Source: Phoronis australis (Eukaryota > Animalia > Phoronida). From it: a stretch of 64,000 nucleotides of DNA. Below the pieces are notes generated by a model. That model had not been told where the DNA came from. It did not search any database and saw nothing but the letters and a program-made list of their open reading frames with translations. Within the stretch, counting starts at the first letter, position 1. Each line of letters starts with the position of its first letter. The DNA lies in contig NMRA01000001.1 of NCBI GenBank assembly GCA_002633005.1, positions 1,335,755 through 1,399,754 on the forward strand, given 5' to 3'. The position numbers and the translations under genes are program-made. Below are positions 23,721-35,900 of this stretch, piece after piece.

Positions 23721-23921
23721 CTGAAACGTTATTTTTGTCCTTAGACTTCTCGTTCGTTTTAGTCATTATTGCGTCAAACTCTTCCGCCGAAAATGTGAAG
23801 TCTCCACAAGTCTTGAATCCTTTAGGGGGCGGAGCCACGGAATCATCATCACCAACTTTTAATAATAGAGCCATGCCTTCCTCGGCGTGGTCTTCCACGT
23901 GACAATGAAAAAACCACCATC
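23721..23921 (-). CDS. Laccase exon 15 (HCH..H..GM T1/T3 copper motif)
   Basis: ttttag|[36 protein letters not shown]. Confidence 0.93.
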
Positions 23922-26900
23922 CTAAAAATAAAAGTAAAACCAATTGTCCAGTATGCACGTCTGCTGTGACATATATTGTCGCATTCGACGCATGTTCTCG
24001 CTATATATGCCGAAAGCGGTAATACATGCCGTCAACATCGACACATGTTGCAGTCATCCGGGCGGCAATATGTATCGGGTGCGGCAATATGTATCGGGTG
24101 CGGCAATATGTGCAATGAACAGACACATATTACATGACGCCCTCAGTGTCTTCAAAAGGTAATCTGATTATCAGTGTTTTACGCACGGGTAGATCCAGAG
24201 TCGGATTAGACCCAGAAAATTTTTAAAAAGCGCAAAAGGAAGTTGTTACTTAAGTTGAATGGGGAAGATCCGGGATTGGATGGGTGGTCTCACGCCAACC
24301 TCTAATTGGCGGGGAGCATTGATTTTGCAAACATCAACATTTGGGATACTAAAGAGTATTTTACTCCCTCCAACTTTGGGTATTCCCCTCTCCCTAACAC
24401 GAACTCTAGATCCTCATTCCGACCACCAGAAACATCCTCCCCATCTACGGAGATAGTCGTTCGTCGTAGTTTGGCCTTGTTCATACCTTCGCATAGGCTT
24501 GTATACAGAATAACAAACTTGAAGACCTATAGATACACAGCCTTGCCATTTGGCTAAAGATGGATGCCTTAGGTGGTGACAGTATTTGCCAATATCATGT
24601 AGTCGCATTGGTCAAACATTATCGGCCAATGGGGGTAGTGACAACATGTGTCATCATCATATAGTCGCATTCTTCACATATTATCGGCGCTTGGAGGCGG
24701 TGACAATATGTGCAGGATGCGATAATATGTGCCCTGAACGCCGACACATGTTGTCGCCCGGACGACGATATGTAGAGAGCATCAATAATTGTTACAACAA
24801 TGATTATATGTGCGTGTATGGCAAATAAACCGCCACCGCCGCCGCTGCTGCTGCCATGGCTTCTGCTGCTGCTGAAAATCATCCCGAATTCTCTTTACAG
24901 CATACCTGGGTTGTCTGCTTTAAATCTGATGACGACATAGCCACCTGCCGCAACCATGACGGTGTCTTTTTTCACAGGGTTCTTCGTGTTGAGTCCAACC
25001 GGGTGACCCTCCGCCCAAGCTTAAAAATGACAGTGGTAACTATCGTGAGATCGCTAATATTTCTTTGTTCCATATGTAATTCAGAAGTAAAATAAAACAT
25101 ACAGCATGCAATAAATCAACACCAATATCAAAGTGGTAGTTCAAGATGTGAAATGCCCGACAGAGCAAAGTTTCACTTTAATTTGATAAATGACCAGTTA
25201 TACAACTAACCTTTTCATTGTATTTCGTATAACACATCATTGCCAAAGATTTTTCTATTTTTCATAAGAAAAATGCCTTGTTGCAAAAATTGAAATTCTA
25301 CCAAATCTTCTTTCTATCAAATGTGCAGTGCTAATGACGAAGTGGAAGTTTCTAGATTGATTTTATCATGGAATGTTAAAAATGAATGTCCGCTTTTCCG
25401 CCTTGATCGTGTGCTGCCTATCGAACACTACAAAAAATTTAGCTGGAATGGTTCACCTGCATCGATGCATGCTCTCGTGCCTTTTCTAAGACACTTCAGG
25501 TCGGGATTGTGGGAGATAATTTGGCCATCCTCATTGTACACCGGGTGTCCTTCCTTGAGCACGTAGAAACTGTAACCGTGGAGATGGACCGGGTGTGGCA
25601 TACCACCTTGTAATATTAAAGTTTGGCATTCGTTAACAAGTAATGTATGTTCATTTTCGTTGTTAAAAGACCAGACACCAACAGCATCATAATAGCATCC
25701 AAGGACATAAAATTTAAGTGTCCAACTTCTCTGTCCATTGCCTATGTATTCTTTTCAAAGGTAAAATGTAGTAAACAATGTAATTTCATAATCAACCATC
25801 AGGTGAATGAAATTTATCAAGGTTGAAAATTGTCAAAACACATATGGTACGTAGCTCTTCTTGAGATTATGGACTGCATCACAAACGGAACAAAATGCAA
25901 TTCGTCTTCAACAGAGTTGCTCGTACAGAACAGGCGTATTCTATCACCATAGTCAAATTTTAAAAACCTAACACTCTCAACTAGTAAACCATGGTTTCCA
26001 TAACGAAATTTCGAGGTAGTTTGGATGAGTACACATTGCAAACTAAATTTTAGGCATGGTTCTATTGCGAAGGTTTCCTTAAACTTCATAAAATAGGAAA
26101 GCTTTCTGATATTCTGAATATCTGAGCACCAACTACGGTCATTTATTCGCTATGAAGAGAGTATTAAAAAGTATTTTTTTGTCAAATTACACCCTGGTTC
26201 AGCAATACTTTATGGAAAACCTATTTTGATAAGCTTTTTTAACTGAAGTTGCCCAATATTATATGCTTTGACCTCCCACAGCTGTCTAATTTATAAAGCA
26301 TGACATAAGCTGTTTCGTGTATTTCAGGTGACATCTCAACAATTTTAAACCGGAATTTAACCAGTGTTACATAACACCTAGTGTACAGAGGGAACCTCCC
26401 GCAGCATTGGAGCAGGCGGTTCTTATTCCAACAACCGTTCTACAAAAAAACGCAAATGAACCTTTTCAATGATATCGTACCAAAACCCCTTGGAGAATTT
26501 CATTTTCATTTTCAGTGACGACACCTTTCAGACACGTTGAGTGGCCAGACATCTACTTTTAACCTGGTTTCTGTAATCTAGAGAGTTTTACAGACTCAAT
26601 GCACTGTCCCTCAGTACGTAGCAATCACGCTCAAATGGTTGCTTAGGGATGAAATTTGCTCACGTGGTGTATTTTTGTTCGTTTTAAGAGACCGGCTGCA
26701 CTTCCGTTACTCGTAAAAGATGCAAAAATTGACTTTGGGATAAGCTTCAAAAGTCTTTGTGCAAGGTTTTTGAAGTCTTTAGCCCAGTACACTGTTCATA
26801 TTTTAAGTTTTTTTTACAACCCGTAGAACATACTGTTGGAGCTGCCCAGACCTGTTTTTTTCCAAGCCGAAAACAACAAAAACTGTCGAGCGCCCCCTTG

Positions 26901-29900
26901 ATCGGCAAGCCTCGGGATTTTGACGAAAGAGGGTTTGCCAGTGTCATGCACCTGAGACGAGTGTAGGATTCTCTATTTTCGTCCTACAACTTTCACCGAA
27001 TATTCATAATTTCATTCAATTTATCCCATGATCAAAAAATATTGTCAGTCATTCTTTCGAAGGTGACCTGTTGACCTAAAAATAACTCAATCCACCTGCA
27101 GTGAATTGCGTGATCGGCTTTCAACAATGCGCTTCGTCAAATTTCAGTGTTAAAATATACTACTTCTTTCCACTTTGATAAATTTAGCATTATTTTGTAA
27201 AAATTAAACTGAAAAGGGAAACTTTAATACATTACTGCCGCTCCCACAACCGTAATGCGTAGTTTGAAACTTAAATCCAGACGAAAACGGTGACTGGTGA
27301 TTACAAACTTCGGATGTTTAAATTTTCTGACAGTAAAATGTCTTAACGTGAAAACATATTTTTTATCAAAACTTTCGTTTTTATCCATATTTAATTGAGA
27401 ATGAAGTGTCATTTGAAGAATACGGGTGAAAAAGCTTATTCCCTCTCAATGTCCCTTTCAGAAAATGACATTTTTGTCAAAAACGCAAGGTCACTTAACC
27501 ACGAGACTCGCATGAAGACTTTTCCAGACTCCCAGTTTCACAAAATATATGCTTTTATGGGTTGGAAGTCGCTGGTTAGAAGAAGACACCGCTATTGAAA
27601 GGTGATGAGTCGGGTGCTGTGAAATGCTTAGTTATTGTTAAAAAGATCCTTAGCGATTTCCACGCCAAAGCAAGCATGGAGTGCCCAATAATTAGTTCAG
27701 TCCAACGTATCGATGGTTAACTTAAGTGAACGCGACCTAGTTTAGGACTACAAAACGAGACAAAAACCTTTATCAAAGTTGTAGAGCACCATCTGTACCA
27801 CTTCGTTTTCCTTGATAGACAGCGTGTGTGTGCAGTTACAATGACCGTCTTCTTTACACACCTTCTCGTTACATTCATGCTTTAAGGGTCTTCCGGGGTT
27901 GGTCTGATGAATAAAATAAACAGTTATCATACATGCAGCGGAACAAACTAAGTATCATGGCACAGGTCTAATCTTTTTACTCGAAATCTAACTCAAAATT
28001 ATTTTTGGCATTTTATATTCCACTTTTGTGCCAGCTCCAGATAAGTGTTTATTAGTCTATGCTCGAGTACGTAATAGCTTGCCACAATAACTGGCTAACC
28101 ATAGCTTGCCCGTGATGGTCCCATCATTAAAGAGAGCCTCCAGCGGCTAAAACACCTTTTTGACACCAGAAATGCAAGTACTGTTCATGAAAAATATTGT
28201 TTTGCTTCTTACATAGGACTACCAAAGAAAGTAATTAATTACGATGCACAAGTTAACACCGCTCATAATTCGTAGTCCCTTCGAACGCCTCAGAAATAAT
28301 CTCAACCAATCAGCGTAAAGTGATTCACATGACATCATCGTGGCCACGAAACTATTCGGAAGCCACACTGCGTAACAGCCGAGTGCCATTTCTTGGACGC
28401 TCTGTACTTGTCCATGTCTGGGCTAAAATTCCGCGTGCGTAGTGTACGGATGTAGCAATGATAGCGATAATGGCATACATTTTCACAACTTCCCCACCGT
28501 GCCGTGCGTGGAATAGATTCATATCCACGACAAGGACTGGCGACAAAATTCCTGATCAGCAAGATCTGTTCTAGCTAGGTGCAAAGCTGTATGCAAAATC
28601 TACATCATCTGTTCTTCGCTTCCACGAATTGTCGGAACTGGTTTCATTTCGTTACNCAGTGGTTAACAATCGTGAGATCGCTAATATTTCTTTGTTCCAT
28701 ATGTAAATCAGAAGTAAAATAAAACATACAGCATGCAATAAATCAACACCAATATCAAAGTCGTAATTCAAGATGTGAAATGCCCGACAGAGCAAAGTTT
28801 CACTTTAATTTGATAAATGACCAGTTATACAACTAACGTTTTCATTGTATTTCGTATAACACATCATTGCCAAAGAGTTTTCTATTTTTCATAAAAAAAA
28901 TGCCTTGTTGCACAAAATTGAAATTCTACCAAATCTTCTTTCTATCAAATATGCAGTGCTAATGACGAAGTGGAAGTTTCTAGATTGATTTTATCATGGA
29001 ATGTTAAAAATGAATGTCCGCTTTTCCGCCTTGATCGTGTGCTGCCTATCGAACACGACAAAAAATTTAGCTTGAATGGTTCACCTGCATCAATGCATGC
29101 TGTCGTGCCTTTTCTAAGACACTTCAGGTCGGGATTGTGAGATATAATTTGGCCATCCTCATTGTACACCGGGTGTCCTTCCTTGAGCACGTAGAAACTG
29201 TAACCATGGAGATGGACCGGGTGTGGCATACCACCTTGAAATATTAAAGTTTGGCATTCGTTAACAAGTAATGTATGTTCATTTTCGTTGTTAAAAGACC
29301 GGACGCCAACAGCATCATAATAGCATACAAGGACATAAAAGTTAAGTGTCCAACTTCTCTGTCCATAACCTATGTATTCTTTCCAAAGGTAAAATGTATT
29401 AAACAATGTAATTTTCATAATCAACCATGAGGTGAATGAAATTTATCAAGGTTGAAAATCTTCAAAACACATAAGGTACGTAGCTCTTCTTGAGATTATG
29501 GACTGCATCACAAACAGAACAAAATGCAATTCTTCTTCAACAGAGTTGCTCGTATAGAACAGGCGTATTCTATCACCATAGTCAAATTTTAAATACCTAA
29601 CACTCGCAACTAGTAAACCATGGTTTCCATAACGAAATCTCGAGGTAGTTTGGATGAGTACACATTGCAAACTAAATTTTAGGCGTGGTTCTATTGCGAA
29701 GGTTTCCTTAAACTTCGTAAAATAGGAATATCTGAGCACCAACTACGGTCATTTATTCGTTATAAAGAGAGCATTAAAAAGTATTTTTTGTCAAATTACA
29801 CCCTGGTTCAGCTATACTTTATGGAAAACCTATTTTGATAAGCTTTTTTAAATGAAGTTCTCCAATATTATATGCTTTGGCCTCCCGCAGCTATCTAATT

Positions 29901-32900
29901 TATAAAGCATGACATAAGCTGTTTCGTGTATTTCAGGTGACATCCCAACAACTTTAAACAGGAATTTAACCAGTGTTACATAACACCTAGTGTACAGAGG
30001 GAACCTCCCGCAGCATTGGAGCAGGTGGTTCTTATTCCAACAACCGTTTTACAAAAAACGCAAATGAACCTTTTCAATGATATCGTACCAAAACCCCTTG
30101 GAGAATTTCATTTTCATTTTCAGTGACGACACCCTTCAGACACGTTGAGTGGCCAGACACCTACTTTTAACCTGGTTTCTGTAATCTAGAGAGTTTTACA
30201 GGCTTAATGCACTGTCCCTCAGTACATAGTAATCACGCTCAAATGGTTGCTTAGGGATGAAATTTGCTCGAGACCGGCTGCACTTCCGTTACTCGTAAAA
30301 GATGCAAAAATTGACTTCAGGATAAGTTTCAAAAGTCTTTGTGCAAGGTTTTTGAAGTCTTTGGCCCAGTACACTGTTCATATTTTAAGGTTTTATACAA
30401 CCCGTGGAACAGACTGTTGGAGCTGCCTAGACCTGTTTTTTTCCAAGCCGAAAACAACAAAAACTGTCGAGTGCCCCCTTAATCGGCAAGCCTCGGGATT
30501 TTGACGAAATTTCCAAGAGGGTTTGCCAGTGTCATGTACCTGAGACGAGTGTAGGATTCTCTATTCTCGTCCTACAACTTTCACCGAATATTCATAATTT
30601 CATTCAATTTATCCCATGATCAAAAGATGTTGTCAGTCATTCTTTCGAAGTTGACCTGTTGACCTAAAAATAACTCAATCCACCTGCAGTGAATTGCGTG
30701 ATCGGCTTTGGACAATGCGCTTCTGTCGTCAAATTTCAGTGTTAAAATATACTATCTACTTCTTTCCAGTTTGATAAATTTAGCATTATTTTGTAAAAAT
30801 TAAACTGAAACGGGAAACTTAAATATTATTATTTAACATTACTGCCGCTCCCACGACCGTAATGCGTAGTTTGAAACTTAAATCCAGACGAAAACGGTGA
30901 CTGGTGATTAAAAACTTCGGATGTTTAAATTTTCTGACAGTAAAATGTCTTAACGTGAGAACAGATTTTTTATTAAAACTTTCGTTTTTATCCATATTTA
31001 ATTGAGAATCAAGTGTCATTTGAAGAATACGGGTGAAAAAGTTTATTCCCTCTCAATGTCCCTTTCAGAAAATGACACTTTTGTCAAAAACGCAAGGTCA
31101 CTTAACCACGAGACTCGCATGAAGACTTTTCCAGACTCCCAGTTTCACAAAATATATGCTTGTATGGGTTGGAAGTCGCTGGTTAGAAGAAGACACCGCT
31201 ATTGAAAGGTGATGAGTCGGGTGCTGTGAAATGCTTAGTTATTGTTAAAAAGATCCTTAGCGATTTCCACGCCAAAGCAAGTATGGAGTGCCCAATAATT
31301 AGTTCAGTCCAACGTATCGATGGTTAACTTAAGTGAACGCGACCTAGTTTAGGACTACAAAACGAGACAAAAACCTTTATCAAAGTTGTAGAGCACCATC
31401 TGTACCACTTCGTTTTCCTTGATAGACAGCGTGTGTGTGCAGTTACAATGACCGTCTTCTTTACACACCTTCTCGTTACATTCATGCTTTAAGGGTCTTC
31501 CGGGGTTGGTCTGATGAATAAAATAAACAGTTATCATACATGCAGCGGAACAAACTAAGTATCATGGCACAGGTCTAATCTTTTTACTCGAAATCTAACT
31601 CAAAATTATTTTTGGCATTTTATATTCCACTTTTGTGCCAGCTCCAGATAAGTGTTTATTAGTCTATGCTCGAGTACGTAATAGCTTGCCACAATAACTG
31701 GCTAACCATAGCTTGCCCGTGATGGTCCCATCATTAAAGAGAGCCTCCAGCGGCTAAAACACCTTTTTGACACCAGAAATGCAAGTACTGTTCATGAAAA
31801 ATATTGTTTTGCTTCTTACATAGGACTACCAAAGAAAGTAATTAATTACGATGCACAAGTTAACACCGCTCATAATTCGTAGTCCCTTCGAACGCCTCAG
31901 AAATAATCTCAACCAATCAGCGTAAAGTGATTCACATGACATCATCGTGGCCACGAAACTATTCGGAAGCCACACTGCGTAACAGCCGAGTGCCATTTCT
32001 TGGACGCTCTGTACTTGTCCATGTCTGGGCTAAAATTCCGCGTGCGTAGTGTACGGATGTAGCAATGATAGCGATAATGGCATACATTTTCACAACTTCC
32101 CCACCGTGCCGTGCGTGGAATAGATTCATATCCACGACAAGGACTGGCGACAAAATTCCTGATCAGCAAGATCTGTTCTAGCTAGGTGCAAAGCTGTATG
32201 CAAAATCTACATCATCTGTTCTTCGCTTCCACGAATTGTCGGAACTGGTTTCATTTCGTTACAAGTTTTTAGCATTTTTAATACCAACAAACCGAATTTT
32301 AGAACGAACTTTGATGCTGCGAAGCTGTCATCGTGTCACAGGAGTTGTCGTAAAATTTTAGGACGGCGGGTGTGCGTCTCACGAGCGCATTGTTTTCAAG
32401 TGACGAAAAACTTTCATTGTTACAAAGCTCAAAAACGTAGAGTTATGCTAGAAAATGACGTTTATTAGATTGTTTTTCACTTAAACGACAGCCAACGGGC
32501 AAGGTGAGTGTCGGAATTGTACACCAGATTTTGTATGCACCCCGTCGGTCGTTGGCTCTGCGATATAAGTTTCACGACGAGGTGACTAACAGAACTCCAT
32601 ATCCGGCCTGTGTATGAAATTTCGTGGTCTAACGGAGCTTAACTCACAGTGTTACCTAGCTGCATCATGATTCTGCCGATAATCTTCAAAAGGCTATCTG
32701 GTTAGCTTCAGTAAAGATCTTCAGCGTGCACTTAGACGTTTCGTGTTACTGTTCCGATCCATCGTATATGGAATCCGGCCCAAATCAGAATATTCTGATT
32801 TGGGTGGTTCCCGTAGGCCTAACGGAATTCTGAGACTGGAGGCCCATATCGGAATAGATTTTTAGCTTGAATTTAATCCTTATAATTCGGTATGTTTTCA

Positions 32901-35900
32901 TGCAATCCACACTTCATTTCTTAGTTTTAATTTATTGTTGCGGTGGGCAGGACTGTTCATTCATGAACAACCCTGCCCATGTGGCATATACTGAGCTAAA
33001 CACCACGTTCGTTACAATATCTCTTTTTATCACTCCGGCTGGTCTGCTCACTCAGCTTGTCCAAAATCTTCTTTGCAAGAAGGTTGTTATAGCCCAATTG
33101 GCTGTTTGGTGTACCTACTTGGTACTTTATACGATATTTGCCCATTTGGCAGTTTGTATCCATTTGGTACTTGTCATTGAATTTGCCGTTTTGCTCGACC
33201 CACTTGGTAGGCAATCGGCCAATACCCATTTTTTATCATGTACCCATCTGGTACTATGTTAACATGTGCCACTTAGTATGTGATACTCAATTACACATTG
33301 GGTATCGTAAATGTGTGTTTTATCTCTTGTAATTAAGGAACACATCTGGTTCCTTCTGTGAAATATTTATTTGTAGAGCTGTGACCCTGAAATTCCCATT
33401 ACAACTCCAAATACATAATATTCATGTTCTTTTATTTGTCCCCAATAATTTATTATAGATACTCACAACGTTGTATTTCTATTAAATTTTAAATCTTTTG
33501 AAATTGGCCGAGTCACACGATTACGGGTTGCAACATTTCAAGGCGAATTATTTTGAAATTAAGTTTCTAATATAAAATTTTCTATGAATTTGAATACAAT
33601 TGCTTTGTAGGAAAAGATCAAGCTAATATGTGTTGTAAAGTTTCCGCGTATTTTGCGCCAAATTAAACGGCCTATTGTTGCCGATTCCAATACGCACGCT
33701 CACTCCACAGCGACCCGTATCGGAATCGCGCAGCGTTCATACCTTCGGCTTCAAGAAGACTCGAATGCAAAGTTCCTAACATCAGATTTTTTGTATCAAG
33801 CAAACTACACTTTATAACAAACATATGATTGTGAAATTTCCTGATAACAATTCGGACGAAGCGTTTAGTTTTTCCAGCTGTTTCGGCGACATCAGATTAG
33901 AATGTGTGCTAAATAATTGAATACAAAATTCTAAAGGTAATGTTTTTTTGATCAATTTTAATATTAATTGACATGAAATGAACAAGTAATGTGTTTCCTT
34001 GATTTTCCACGTAGTTTGCACTAAATTAAAGTGCCAGTCATCGCTGATTCCAATACGATGGAGACACGGTGAAAGGCAAATTCGTTGTAACGATGATATC
34101 ATAGACTTCGATTGGTGCAAGCGCTATCTCAAGTTTTTTTTTGGTTCTAAAAGCAGTTCGTGATGGGGCTGCTCTATTGTGAACGGCCTACTTAATTAAC
34201 GACTGGGCTATGGTATGACACCGTATGTTGATGTTTTTCACCAATACATGTATTTCAAATATAAAAATAGTCATCTTAGCAATATATTAGGCCTTTATGG
34301 CTAAGAGTTCTCAAGTTTTTACTCGAGTCTGTAGCTCGAATCTAGGGGTCATCAACTGCAAGTTTGGACTAAAAACTCATTTGAATAAACCATAATGTTC
34401 TCGAGTCCACTAATAGAAACTTATCTTGAGTTCAAGAAAAAGTAGTATAAAAATAACTATTATTTCTATTTCGTGTACAAAGATTAGACCCCGGGCCCTG
34501 AAACACATAGATAATTCTATGTTAAGGTATTTTCTAGAAATAACACGTGATGTGAGTGAAATAATCAGGCTTCATTGTTTGTTAAGAATTTATGACTACA
34601 GTACGTTGACGATGCGGTTTTTAACGTATTGTAAAACCTGGGAACCGTGGTTTAATCTCGACTAAGCATGCACGCACCCAGCCTAAATTATACGGGGGCT
34701 CAAAATTTTGAGAATGTGGACCTTTTACTGAAAAAACGGGGACCAAAAACGGAGTAGTGCGTCTAAGGTGTGCTTTGTGCATTCGCGCCGAATTCCTGCC
34801 TTTTTAGTGGACTTTTGTTTCGTTTTCTTGGACTTTTTGTTTCTCTGAGGCGGACACTTTTGCCCACTTCGCCAAATGGGGGGCTCCTTGGAGCCCCCCC
34901 CCCCAAGTCCCCCTCCCCCTACCTGGGTACTCGAAAAATGCAACATAATTCGAGATTGAGTCTGAGTCGAGTCTCAGTTCGGAAATTAGATTGTGGGTCG
35001 TGATCAAATAAGCCTCACGGAAAACCCAAAAGAATACAACTTGTGTTGGGAATTTCAACTCATTGGTTCATGCCAGAATGCAAACTACCTCAATAAATCG
35101 AACATAAGGCCAAACTCGAGTATAAGGCTATGACTTTACAAGTTTAGCGGTACATGATTTTGTGCGTCAGAACATGCGCTTGTTTCTGAGGCATTTGAAT
35201 TTTCGTCACGTTGTTAATTATACACTTGAGATATCTTTAGGCTACATTCAAATGTGTAGGCCTATATGCATAGACGACATTGTGAAAGCCTGTAAGTGTC
35301 AGTAACTGAATTTATCTTGAGTTTTAGAATAAAAATGGAGACTCTGTGAACTCTCAGAATACATAAACAATTACCTCAAAATTTTTATAGACTTCCCAAA
35401 TGCCTTTGACATGTTAGATTGATTTAGAAATTAAATAAACTGTTGAAAAATAAGCTCAAAGATTTCGTGCCTCCCAATACATTCTACACTGCAAGACAAC
35501 TCATTTAGTTACGCTTAGTAGGTGCTCCTTACGTCACAAAATGCTGGAATGGAAAAGTTTCTTACCAGAGGAGGTGAGTCGGGAAAAACAAATCGTCGTC
35601 CGTTGACAGTTGACCTGGTGCGTTTGTAGGTTGGATTCACTAAAAATTGAACACGTGATTACTCTCTTGATCATGTGCAAAATCACTATCCTACACGCAT
35701 GGTGATGCGAAATCAATCACGTTATATTTGACAAATGTCCTGATGTGTTTTGCACACAATTTCAAAAATTGTTCGAAATCTGAAAATGACACTAGATTCA
35801 TTTTTGTGGATTTGACTAGTACTGATATAAATACTTTAGTAGCTTCAAAAGAAAAACGTTCTTCCAGGGGCCTCGGTCGACGGGAATTTCATGGGGCTAA

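Larger units (their letters stand above)
25031..32262. repeat. About 3.6-kb direct duplication (25031-28655 vs 28657-32262) split exactly by the N at 28656
   Basis: Near-identical copies with SNPs and indels, junction at the single N; probably haplotype redundancy in the assembly. Confidence 0.9.

Noticed and set aside
32867-33332. ORFs of 64-131 aa
   Set aside because: They lie over a degenerate cccatttgg repeat array inside a laccase intron.
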